A stretch of 64,000 bases of DNA, taken from NCBI GenBank assembly GCA_041653315.1, contig JBAZFO010000003.1, positions 1,180 through 65,179 of the forward strand, read 5' to 3'. The notes beneath the pieces are model-generated. The model had not been told where the DNA came from, did not search any database, and worked only from the letters and a program-made list of their open reading frames with translations. The stretch's first letter is position 1; every line of letters begins with the position of its first letter. Both the position numbers and the translations under genes were made by a program. The stretch comes from Candidatus Micrarchaeia archaeon (GTDB lineage: Archaea; Micrarchaeota; Micrarchaeia; Anstonellales; JAHKLY01). Below, in pieces: positions 47,144-55,496 of this stretch.

Positions 47144-47671
47144 TCACCAAGGTACATTTTTTAATTTAAGAATATAAGCTAATACATTAGCTATTTTATG
47201 AAGCACAAAAGTAATTATAATTAAAATAAGTATATCTATAAAATTAATTTTAAATATTAAATCATAAAAAATTAAACTTCCAAATAAAAGTGCTATTAAA
47301 AGGAAAACAATTTCATCAATAAAAAACAAAGATTCCCCTCTTTTTTTATTAAACCTTCTTTTAAGAAAACTTCCGCAAAGATCCCCAAAAATAGCTCCAA
47401 AACCTAATAAAATACCAGAATAAACATAACTCATTTGAAAATTAAATATATTATAAGGTGTATTAAATACTAGCAAACCAAGAACACTTCCAATAAAAAA
47501 TCCTCCAACAACAGCTGCAATAAATCCGCGTATTGTTTTACCAGGACCAAATATTCTTTTACCGTCAAAAAAATTCTTTCCAAAATCAATAGGTGAACCA
47601 TGCCCTAGTATAACAGGTAAAGAATTAGCTACGTACGCAGGCAAAATAAATATAAATAATTGAATAAGCAT
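47144..47671 (-). CDS. carS: CDP-archaeol synthase (CDP-2,3-di-O-geranylgeranylglycerol synthase)
   Basis: LPAYVANSLPVILGHGSPIDFGKNFFDGKRIFGPGKTIRGF matches the CarS/DUF46 signature; 175-aa membrane protein. Confidence 0.7.
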   Translation of the reverse strand: MLIQLFIFILPAYVANSLPVILGHGSPIDFGKNFFDGKRIFGPGKTIRGFIAAVVGGFFIGSVLGLLVFNTPYNIFNFQMSYVYSGILLGFGAIFGDLCGSFLKRRFNKKRGESLFFIDEIVFLLIALLFGSLIFYDLIFKINFIDILILIIITFVLHKIANVLAYILKLKNVPW

Positions 47672-48061
47672 AATATTATAATAATAAAAAGTATTAAATT
47701 AGTTATGAAAACAATAAAATCAATGAATTTATATGAAATACTGTTTATTTTAGTAATATCCGTTTCTATTCTTTTTGTAATATTTATAGGAATTCAAAAA
47801 ACAGAAACAATAAAACAAAATAAAGAAATAGACAATCTTACTATTAATAATATTGAATGTTTTGAGAATGAAACTAAAGACTGTATAACTATAAATAATT
47901 GTGATGGGGTTATATATTGTAGAAATGGAAAATGGACAAATTGTTATAAAAATAAAGTAATTTGTGTTCCTAATTCTTCAACTACTTGTGCTTTAACTCC
48001 TTGCAGTGCCGGAATTAAAATATGTAATGAATGCGGTACAGAATGGGGAGAATGTGAATAA
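47660..48061 (+). CDS. Small Cys-rich secreted or membrane-anchored protein
   Basis: N-terminal TM helix and 12 Cys in the C-terminal 70 aa. Confidence 0.35.
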   Translation: MNKHNIIIIKSIKLVMKTIKSMNLYEILFILVISVSILFVIFIGIQKTETIKQNKEIDNLTINNIECFENETKDCITINNCDGVIYCRNGKWTNCYKNKVICVPNSSTTCALTPCSAGIKICNECGTEWGECE

Positions 48062-48062
48062 A

Positions 48063-48521
48063 TTAAACAGCTTTTCCTGAAAGCATCCCTGTTTCAACAT
48101 GAACTGCAGTCCCCTCAGAAACAACATAATAAATTTTTAAAGGTATATTTTTGAATGAATCCCCTTCATTTAAAGAATAATTAATATCTCCTTTTATAAC
48201 CACTTGTTCACCTGGAGAGATAGAATATGGATATGCAATATTACCTAAATTTTCATTATTAAATTGAATATTTTGAATTTGTAAAGTTAAATCTGCAGTA
48301 TTTGACAAAACTAAAATTAATTCTTGATCCTCACCTAAAACTTCAAATTTATCTACCTCAATTATACTAAATCCTGTTGCTGTGTTCTCAGAATTTAAAA
48401 TAAAATTCAACATCCCTGAAAAAAATAAAACTGAAATAATAATCAAAACTAGTAAGATTGTCCAACCATAAACCATTATATATTCTATTGCACTTTGCGC
48501 TTTTTTTGTATCAGATTCCAT
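48063..48521 (-). CDS. Archaeal type IV pilin-like protein (class III signal peptide)
   Basis: KKAQSAIEYIMVYGWTILLVLIII, the canonical KxxQ-SAIEY prepilin-like N-terminus. Confidence 0.6.
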   Translation of the reverse strand: MESDTKKAQSAIEYIMVYGWTILLVLIIISVLFFSGMLNFILNSENTATGFSIIEVDKFEVLGEDQELILVLSNTADLTLQIQNIQFNNENLGNIAYPYSISPGEQVVIKGDINYSLNEGDSFKNIPLKIYYVVSEGTAVHVETGMLSGKAV

Positions 48522-48525
48522 TTTA

Positions 48526-49488
48526 TCACTCTATCTTTTGGATGTCTCCTTCTTTTGAAATATTATAATTAACCTCTTTAACTTTTAATCTTAATGGTAA
48601 ATTTATGGTGTAATCATAAGATTCAAATTCTATTTTATTTTCTAGATCAAAATCTATTTCACATTCTAAATTAGGATTATTCGGAGCATGGCTTCTTATT
48701 TCATACACTCTATAATTATCTCTATCCCAAGCAGTTCCTCCTAATTGAATATAAATCCAACAGGGCGATGATTTAATTCTTAATGAACTTGTTTTTGTTA
48801 AATCATAAGCCCCATCATTACAGACCGGACCTGGACAAGAATAAACTTGCCCTATCCCATCAGTTATATACAATTCAAATTCCATACAATTGGTTTGCCC
48901 AGAACATGAATTTCTTAAATGATCTGGGGCCCATTTATAATCATTTTTATTTTGTGGAATTGGGGCATAATCAAAAACATTATTTGTAGTAATATTTAGA
49001 ATATATTTTGTTATCTTTGAACAATTTTGAGTTGGACAAGAAAGAATAAGAACTCTTTTACCCCAGTCTTCATACTCATATTTAATATTCCAAGGTTCAA
49101 CAGTTATCCAAGGATCTAAATCTCCAAAAGAAAATTCATCTCCTTGTGTATTTAAAAATAAAATTTCTATATCTGAAGTATTATAATTCTCCTCAATAAA
49201 TTCTGCAGATTCTTCTAAATTTCCTAATATATCAAATTCAGCAGGCAATTTATCTTTAATAGTTAAGTTTGTTTCATTTTGTATAATTTCCAAATCAAAA
49301 CTTTCTAATGTAATCTCTTCTGATATATCTTCAAAAACATATAAAACTTTTTTTCCTGCAACCATATTATTTAAAACTGAAATATCATTTAAAGACTCCT
49401 TTTGAATATAAGAAGAAAAACTAATTAAAATTAAAAAAAGAAGACTTATAGACAATGAAAATAAAAATCCTTTTTTCATTTTTTCCAA
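48526..49488 (-). CDS. Secreted hypothetical protein in the pilus locus
   Basis: Signal peptide and Cys-rich C-terminal half. Confidence 0.4.
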   Translation of the reverse strand: MEKMKKGFLFSLSISLLFLILISFSSYIQKESLNDISVLNNMVAGKKVLYVFEDISEEITLESFDLEIIQNETNLTIKDKLPAEFDILGNLEESAEFIEENYNTSDIEILFLNTQGDEFSFGDLDPWITVEPWNIKYEYEDWGKRVLILSCPTQNCSKITKYILNITTNNVFDYAPIPQNKNDYKWAPDHLRNSCSGQTNCMEFELYITDGIGQVYSCPGPVCNDGAYDLTKTSSLRIKSSPCWIYIQLGGTAWDRDNYRVYEIRSHAPNNPNLECEIDFDLENKIEFESYDYTINLPLRLKVKEVNYNISKEGDIQKIE

Positions 49489-49901
49489 ACCTCAACCTCA
49501 AGATATCCTCTTTTTATTACATTATAGTCATTTGTATCAAAAAAAACTCTTCTTGAAGAGACAACAATCTCACCAGGTACATTATAATCAGTAGAATACG
49601 CAGTTGTATCAATAATTATATTGGCATTATACTCATATTCTTCCCCAAAAAGAGAATTTAATTCAGATTCAATAAAAATTTTTCCTTGCTGTGTATTTAA
49701 CCATAAAATTTCATCTAACCTATCATTATTATCTAACATCGTTAAAGCACTATCAACGTATCTTTTCATTAATAAAATTTCAGTATTATTTTGCTCTTCT
49801 TTTAATAACTGAGGAAGTGCACCAATTATAATTATTAATATTAACAAAGAAATTAATGCATCAGTTGCAAAACTTATTCCTTTTTTGCATTTTAATTCCA
49901 T
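49476..49901 (-). CDS. Pilin-like protein (class III signal peptide)
   Basis: KKGISFATDALISLLILIIIIG N-terminus. Confidence 0.5.
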   Translation of the reverse strand: MELKCKKGISFATDALISLLILIIIIGALPQLLKEEQNNTEILLMKRYVDSALTMLDNNDRLDEILWLNTQQGKIFIESELNSLFGEEYEYNANIIIDTTAYSTDYNVPGEIVVSSRRVFFDTNDYNVIKRGYLEVEVWKK

Positions 49902-50416
49902 AATCCAACCTCAATAGTTACTTCCTCATTTTCATATGTTGCATATTCTTTAATAATACTTATTTGAGAAACATTAGAAGTATTCAAAGGTAAAAAAGTT
50001 CCTATTCTTGTTTCATTACCAGAAATATTAAGTAAAGTATCATTAAGATATCTAATATCTATAAAAACATTGAACTCTCCTGCATTAATTGAATTATATA
50101 ATTGTTCGTCACTAAGTTTAACAAATTCTTTAAGTTTTTGGCTATTTATCTCTCCCCGAATCTCACATAAACCCAATCTACTAACATTTTCACATCCCCA
50201 ATTTTTTGGATATCCTGGACTTTCAATTAAAGTATCTAAAATTGCTATTGTTTTGACCATAATATCATTATCTAGTTTTTCATTTTTCAAATCTTCATAT
50301 AAATTAAAAAAAATAAATAAAACTATAAAAAATAATGGAATAACTATAAATAATTCAAATGAAAATGTTTGTCCTTTATATTTCTTCAATATATACAACT
50401 CCTTCTTTGTTTTCAA
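49892..50416 (-). CDS. Pilin-like protein
   Basis: YKGQTFSFELFIVIPLFFIVL N-terminus. Confidence 0.5.
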   Translation of the reverse strand: MKTKKELYILKKYKGQTFSFELFIVIPLFFIVLFIFFNLYEDLKNEKLDNDIMVKTIAILDTLIESPGYPKNWGCENVSRLGLCEIRGEINSQKLKEFVKLSDEQLYNSINAGEFNVFIDIRYLNDTLLNISGNETRIGTFLPLNTSNVSQISIIKEYATYENEEVTIEVGLWN

Positions 50417-50828
50417 TTTTATACTCTCCTAAATTTAAATTAAATGGGGGCTCTATAATATTCTCCCCTTCTTTTTTAAATAAATATATATTATTAAACC
50501 CAGAAAAATATTTGTTTGAACCAATTGATGCAATAATATAATTTTTTTCTACATATATAGAATAATTTTTTTCTATAATATAAGAAGTATCAAAAAATAA
50601 TGGCATCTCAACTGAATATCCGTCAGAGTATGAAGCAAGATCTAATTGTTTTGAAAAAGAATCTAATACTTTTTTAACTTCAACTTGTTCTTTATATATT
50701 TTAGTTTCATATTCAAAATCATATATTTTAACCCATACAATTAAAAAAATTAAAATTAAAAAAATAAAAACAAATAAAAATTCTGTTGATATTGTTCCTT
50801 TTTTAATATTGAGATTAATTGGCTTCAC
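50376..50828 (-). CDS. Pilin-like protein
   Basis: KKGTISTEFLFVFIFLILIFLIV N-terminus. Confidence 0.5.
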   Translation of the reverse strand: MKPINLNIKKGTISTEFLFVFIFLILIFLIVWVKIYDFEYETKIYKEQVEVKKVLDSFSKQLDLASYSDGYSVEMPLFFDTSYIIEKNYSIYVEKNYIIASIGSNKYFSGFNNIYLFKKEGENIIEPPFNLNLGEYKIENKEGVVYIEEI

Positions 50829-51225
50829 TTATCAACACCTCGCCCCCAACATATTCTAAGGAAATAATATTTGAACCACCAGAAGTGGGAAGATATCCAG
50901 TAAGATTTCTTTTTGCAATTGAAAAAACATCTGTTCCATTAGTATAAGTTAATATCCTATAATTTATCTCTTTACCCTCTAAAAAAGAATTATTTACATC
51001 AATATTATAAGGTAATTCAATAGTTATTTTTGTTTTTGAACCTTCCCCATTCGCAGTTAAATAATCTGCAGCACTAGTTATTCTATCACAAGCAATCTCA
51101 GCTTTTGAAACAGCTAAGGTAACTTGCACCTGCATCATTGCAATATAAAAAACAGGTAAAATTATTATCAAGGAAATCATAACAATAAAAACATATTCAA
51201 TACTCACTTGTCCTTTAAATTTCAT
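50815..51225 (-). CDS. Pilin-like protein
   Basis: MKFKGQVSIEYVFIVMISLIIIL N-terminus. Confidence 0.55.
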   Translation of the reverse strand: MKFKGQVSIEYVFIVMISLIIILPVFYIAMMQVQVTLAVSKAEIACDRITSAADYLTANGEGSKTKITIELPYNIDVNNSFLEGKEINYRILTYTNGTDVFSIAKRNLTGYLPTSGGSNIISLEYVGGEVLISEAN

Positions 51226-51335
51226 AGCAATATTAAAAATGAAAATATTATAAATTATTCTTTCCTCAAAAAATATGACGAAACTATTAAAAACTAATTT
51301 GCAGAAGGATTTGTATTATATCAAAAGGTAATTAT

Positions 51336-51845
51336 ATGGAAAATGAAGACACATGTAAAATTGAAACAAAAATTGATGAAATATTAAAATGGATAGAAAA
51401 TGAGGATATAACAGTTAAAGATATAAAAAATAGATATGGATTCACAGATTCAGAGATACACAAACTTCTTGATATCCTAAAAGAAAGCGGGCTTATTGAA
51501 GTTTCTTATTCATTATTATTTTTTAACAGAACAAAACTAATCAACCCACAAAAAAAGATAAATAAAAAAGAAAAAAAAGAGGAGGATCTTCAACTTGCGT
51601 TACGTTCTGAAAGATCAATAATAAATTTAAAAGAAAGAATAAAATGCATAAAAAAAGATACAAACGCAATTTTAATTAAAAATAAAAAAAGATTAGAAAA
51701 AGCAAAAAAAGAAAAAAAACTTAATAATAAAGAGATATCAAAAATTAAACAAAATTTAGATGAGATAAATTATCAGATTAAAGAAATAGATAAAAATTTA
51801 AAAACATTTGAAAATTTTATTATTAATTTAAAAAAGGGGAAATAA
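51336..51845 (+). CDS. Coiled-coil protein with possible N-terminal wHTH; pilus-locus accessory
   Basis: K/E-rich heptad-like sequence. First gene of the plus-strand pilus operon. Confidence 0.35.
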   Translation: MENEDTCKIETKIDEILKWIENEDITVKDIKNRYGFTDSEIHKLLDILKESGLIEVSYSLLFFNRTKLINPQKKINKKEKKEEDLQLALRSERSIINLKERIKCIKKDTNAILIKNKKRLEKAKKEKKLNNKEISKIKQNLDEINYQIKEIDKNLKTFENFIINLKKGK

Positions 51846-51846
51846 A

Positions 51847-53397
51847 ATGAAAAAAAAGACTAAAACTGTTATTAAAAAAATAAAAAAAGAAGAAAAAAAG
51901 ATATCTCAAAAAGAAGAGGGAGAATTTTATTCATTAGATTACTGCGGTATTAATATACCAATTCATATAAAGAAAGACAAAGATGAAAAAATAAAAATTT
52001 ATGAAATACAAAAAAAAGAAACTGGAAAAGCAACAGAAGCAGTATTAGAATACATTAAAAAAGAAATGATTAGGGAAGTTGAAAGAAAAATTGGTGGAAA
52101 AAAAGATATCAGTGAAGAAGAAATAGAAAACGAAATTATGGATAAAATAAAAAACTTATTAAAAACAAAGATAATTGGAGTAAATGAAAAAGAAGTTGAA
52201 ATTTTGTCAGCAAAAATAAGACATGATTTATTTGGATTAGGGGAAATAGACTTATTACTAGCAGATCCAAATTTAGAAGAAATCGTAATTAATTCAAGTA
52301 AAGAATCAATTCAAGTTTTTCATAAAAAATATGGATGGTTAAAAACTAATTTAAAAATATCAAACGAACAACAAATTAAGAATTACGCAGATATTATTGC
52401 AAGGAAAGTTAATAGACAAATAACAACGTTAACTCCGATTTTAGACGCAAATTTACCAAGTGGTGAAAGAGCAAATGCAGTATTAAATCCAGTGGCTTCA
52501 AAAGGTAATTCAATAACTTTAAGAAAATTTGAAAAAAATCCTTGGTCCTTACCAAGAATGATCACAGAAGAATCTAAAACTATGAGTATTGAAGTAGCTG
52601 CATTATTATGGATGTGCATAGAATATGAAATGAATATTATTGTTGCTGGAGGAACAGCCTCAGGTAAAACTTCAGTAATAAACGCACTTCTTAACTTTAT
52701 TCCCCCAAATCAAAGAATAATCTCTATTGAAGACACAAGAGAATTATATTTACCTGATTATTTACATTGGGTTCCAATGGTTACAAGAAAACCGAATTTA
52801 GAAGGAAAAGGAGAAATCACTATGCTTGATTTGCTGGTCAATTCCCTAAGAATGAGACCAGATAGAATAATTGTTGGAGAAGTAAGAAGACAAAGAGAAG
52901 CAGAAGTTATGTTTGAAGCAATGCATACTGGACATTCTGTTTATGGAACAATTCATGCAGATAATGCAGATTTAACAAGAAAAAGATTAATTAACCCTCC
53001 AATAAGTCTACCAGAAAGTACAATAACCAGTATCCATTTAATATTAGTTCAATACAGACACAGAAAAAAAGGGATAAGAAGAACATTTGAAGTTGCAGAA
53101 ATACTTCCAATAGGAGAAGGAGAAAAATCCAAAGTCAATGTAATATATCGCTGGAATTCAAGAACTGATAAATTAGAAAAGATTGGAAAATCAGAAAGAG
53201 TAATAGATGAATTAATGCTATATAGTGGATTAGATAAAAAAGGAATTGAAAACGAATTAAAAGAAAAAGAAATGATTTTAGAATACATGATTAAAAACAA
53301 AATTTTTGATATTGATGAAATAGAAAAAATAGTCGCAAATTATTATGATAATCAAGAAGCAACTGTTAAAGAAATAAAAGAAAAAATGAAGAGGTAA
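51847..53397 (+). CDS. Type IV pilus/archaellum-family secretion ATPase (TadA/CpaF/FlaI-like)
   Basis: Walker A IIVAGGTASGKTS, DTRE box, Walker B/His box region GEVRRQREAEVMFEAMHTGH. Confidence 0.85.
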   Translation: MKKKTKTVIKKIKKEEKKISQKEEGEFYSLDYCGINIPIHIKKDKDEKIKIYEIQKKETGKATEAVLEYIKKEMIREVERKIGGKKDISEEEIENEIMDKIKNLLKTKIIGVNEKEVEILSAKIRHDLFGLGEIDLLLADPNLEEIVINSSKESIQVFHKKYGWLKTNLKISNEQQIKNYADIIARKVNRQITTLTPILDANLPSGERANAVLNPVASKGNSITLRKFEKNPWSLPRMITEESKTMSIEVAALLWMCIEYEMNIIVAGGTASGKTSVINALLNFIPPNQRIISIEDTRELYLPDYLHWVPMVTRKPNLEGKGEITMLDLLVNSLRMRPDRIIVGEVRRQREAEVMFEAMHTGHSVYGTIHADNADLTRKRLINPPISLPESTITSIHLILVQYRHRKKGIRRTFEVAEILPIGEGEKSKVNVIYRWNSRTDKLEKIGKSERVIDELMLYSGLDKKGIENELKEKEMILEYMIKNKIFDIDEIEKIVANYYDNQEATVKEIKEKMKR

Positions 53398-53401
53398 TAT
53401 A

Positions 53402-54274
53402 TTGGCAATTCCATTTAATGTTTTACCAGAAAAAACAATTTGTTCGTTAGCATCTAAACTGCCCTCCTTGGGATATTGGACTATTCAAAAATTACCATTT
53501 ATACGAAAAGATTTAGATTCAGCCAATATAGAAAATTTTACTGCAGAAGAATATGGTGCAATAATATTTATTGTATCATTTATTAATAGTTTATTAATAG
53601 GATTAATTCTTACTTTATTAAATATAGCACTTAAATTAAATATTATTTTTTTAGTTATACTCATTTCAATAACAATTTTTATTTTCAGTTTCATTTCCTT
53701 AGTACTTTATCCAAAAATAAATGCAAAAAAAAGAATTAGAGATATTGATTCAAATTTAATACCTGCATTAAGACATTTATTAATAGAAATGAAATCTGGA
53801 GTGACATTATTTCAAAGTATGAGGAGCGTTTCAAGAGAATATGGGGAAGTTTCTAAAGAATTTTTAAAAATAGTAGATTCAATTGAAACTGGTATGGATG
53901 AATCAAAAGCACTAAAAGAAGCAGGAAGGAAAGTTCCTTCTCAAAAATTTAGAAAAATATTATGGCAAATAGGTAATACTTTAGTAACTGGTGCAGATAT
54001 TGTAAAAGAATTAGATGATTTAGTTCAAGAATTACGAAGAGGCCATGTTGAAGACATCAAAAAATATACACAAGAATTAAACCCATTAACTATGTTATAT
54101 ATGGTAATTGGTATTGTTTTACCTGCACTTGGAATTAGTTTAATTAATTTATTTCTTTCATTTTTAAGTATCAATATTCCTATGATATTCATCTGGTTAG
54201 TCCCTGTGTTCCTTGCAATATTTAATATATTTTTTATTTATTCAATTAGAAGCAGAATCCCTATGATATATTAA
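53402..54274 (+). CDS. TadC/FlaJ-like pilus platform membrane protein (T2SS-F domain), part 1
   Basis: TM helices plus the cytoplasmic domain LRHLLIEMKSGVTLFQSMRSV...ETGMDESKALKEA. Confidence 0.65.
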   Translation: MAIPFNVLPEKTICSLASKLPSLGYWTIQKLPFIRKDLDSANIENFTAEEYGAIIFIVSFINSLLIGLILTLLNIALKLNIIFLVILISITIFIFSFISLVLYPKINAKKRIRDIDSNLIPALRHLLIEMKSGVTLFQSMRSVSREYGEVSKEFLKIVDSIETGMDESKALKEAGRKVPSQKFRKILWQIGNTLVTGADIVKELDDLVQELRRGHVEDIKKYTQELNPLTMLYMVIGIVLPALGISLINLFLSFLSINIPMIFIWLVPVFLAIFNIFFIYSIRSRIPMIY

Positions 54275-54283
54275 TGTGATAAT

Positions 54284-55429
54284 ATGAAAAAAAAGAAATT
54301 AAGAAACAAAAAACAAATTACAAAAGTAAAACCTAAAGAAAAAAATACAATAATTGAAAAAAAAGAAATTAAAAAAGATACTGGAATACATGTATTACAA
54401 AGAACAATATCAAAAATATTTCCATCTAGTTTTATTAAATACATAGATAAATTAATAATAGAAAGTGATGAAGATACGGATACGCGAGAGTACCTTGGAA
54501 TTCGCATTTTAAAGTCACTTGCAATAGGAATTCTTGTATTTATTATTTCCCAAGTATTTACTCAAACATTAATCTCTATCTCTTTTGGATTTATTATTTT
54601 TATATTATTTTTTATTTGGGCAATTGTACGATTAATGTTAAAAGCAAATCAAAGAGCAACAGACATAGAAAAAGATTTACCAGAGATATTGCAAATGATA
54701 TCTGCTAATATGAGAGCAGGAATGACTGTTGAAAGAGCGGTTACAGAAACAGTTTGGCCTGAATTTGGTATTTTAGGTAAAGAGATAAATAAAATCAAAA
54801 TTAGATTACATACTGGAAAATCATTTTCAGAAGCTTTTGATGAAATGAGCAGAACTATAAGATCTGAGAATTTAAAAAGATCAGTTAAACTTTTAATTGA
54901 AGGTAATAAACTTGGTGGGGAAATGGCCCAACTTCTTTATGATGTTTCCAAGAATCTAAAAGAAACAAGAGAATTAAAAGAGCAAATTAAAAGTGCAACA
55001 ACAGCATATGCAATCTTTATTTTGCTCGGTGCTGTTATAATTACTCCTGTTTTATTCTCAATAAGTGCAGAATACAGCACATTTACAGAAAAAATATCAA
55101 TGACTGAAATGGGATCTGGAGTTCAAACACAAAATGAATTTAATACTGGAGGTTCAATGGGTATTTCTGGTTTAATATCTTTAATGGGAAATAAAGAAGG
55201 AGATACAAAAAGCTCATTTAATTCAGAAACAATAGAACTTTTCTCTTTAATATGTATAGCTGTAATCTCTATTTCAAGCTCTTTTATATTAGCAACAATA
55301 AGAGCAGAAAAAACTATTTCTGGTATTAAATATATTCCTTTTGCTTTAGGAATAAGTTATTTAATTTATTTTGTAAGTAGATTTGCTTTAAGCTTTGTAA
55401 TGGGATCTTTAGTGACAGGATTTTTTTAA
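54284..55429 (+). CDS. TadC/FlaJ-like pilus platform membrane protein (T2SS-F domain), part 2
   Basis: LPEILQMISANMRAGMTVERAV...HTGKSFSEAFDEM T2SS-F-like domain plus TM helices. Confidence 0.65.
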   Translation: MKKKKLRNKKQITKVKPKEKNTIIEKKEIKKDTGIHVLQRTISKIFPSSFIKYIDKLIIESDEDTDTREYLGIRILKSLAIGILVFIISQVFTQTLISISFGFIIFILFFIWAIVRLMLKANQRATDIEKDLPEILQMISANMRAGMTVERAVTETVWPEFGILGKEINKIKIRLHTGKSFSEAFDEMSRTIRSENLKRSVKLLIEGNKLGGEMAQLLYDVSKNLKETRELKEQIKSATTAYAIFILLGAVIITPVLFSISAEYSTFTEKISMTEMGSGVQTQNEFNTGGSMGISGLISLMGNKEGDTKSSFNSETIELFSLICIAVISISSSFILATIRAEKTISGIKYIPFALGISYLIYFVSRFALSFVMGSLVTGFF

Positions 55430-55496
55430 ACAATAATATTAAAAAGAAAGCATTTCATAATATTATTTTATAATATTAAATTACACTTCTAAAACA

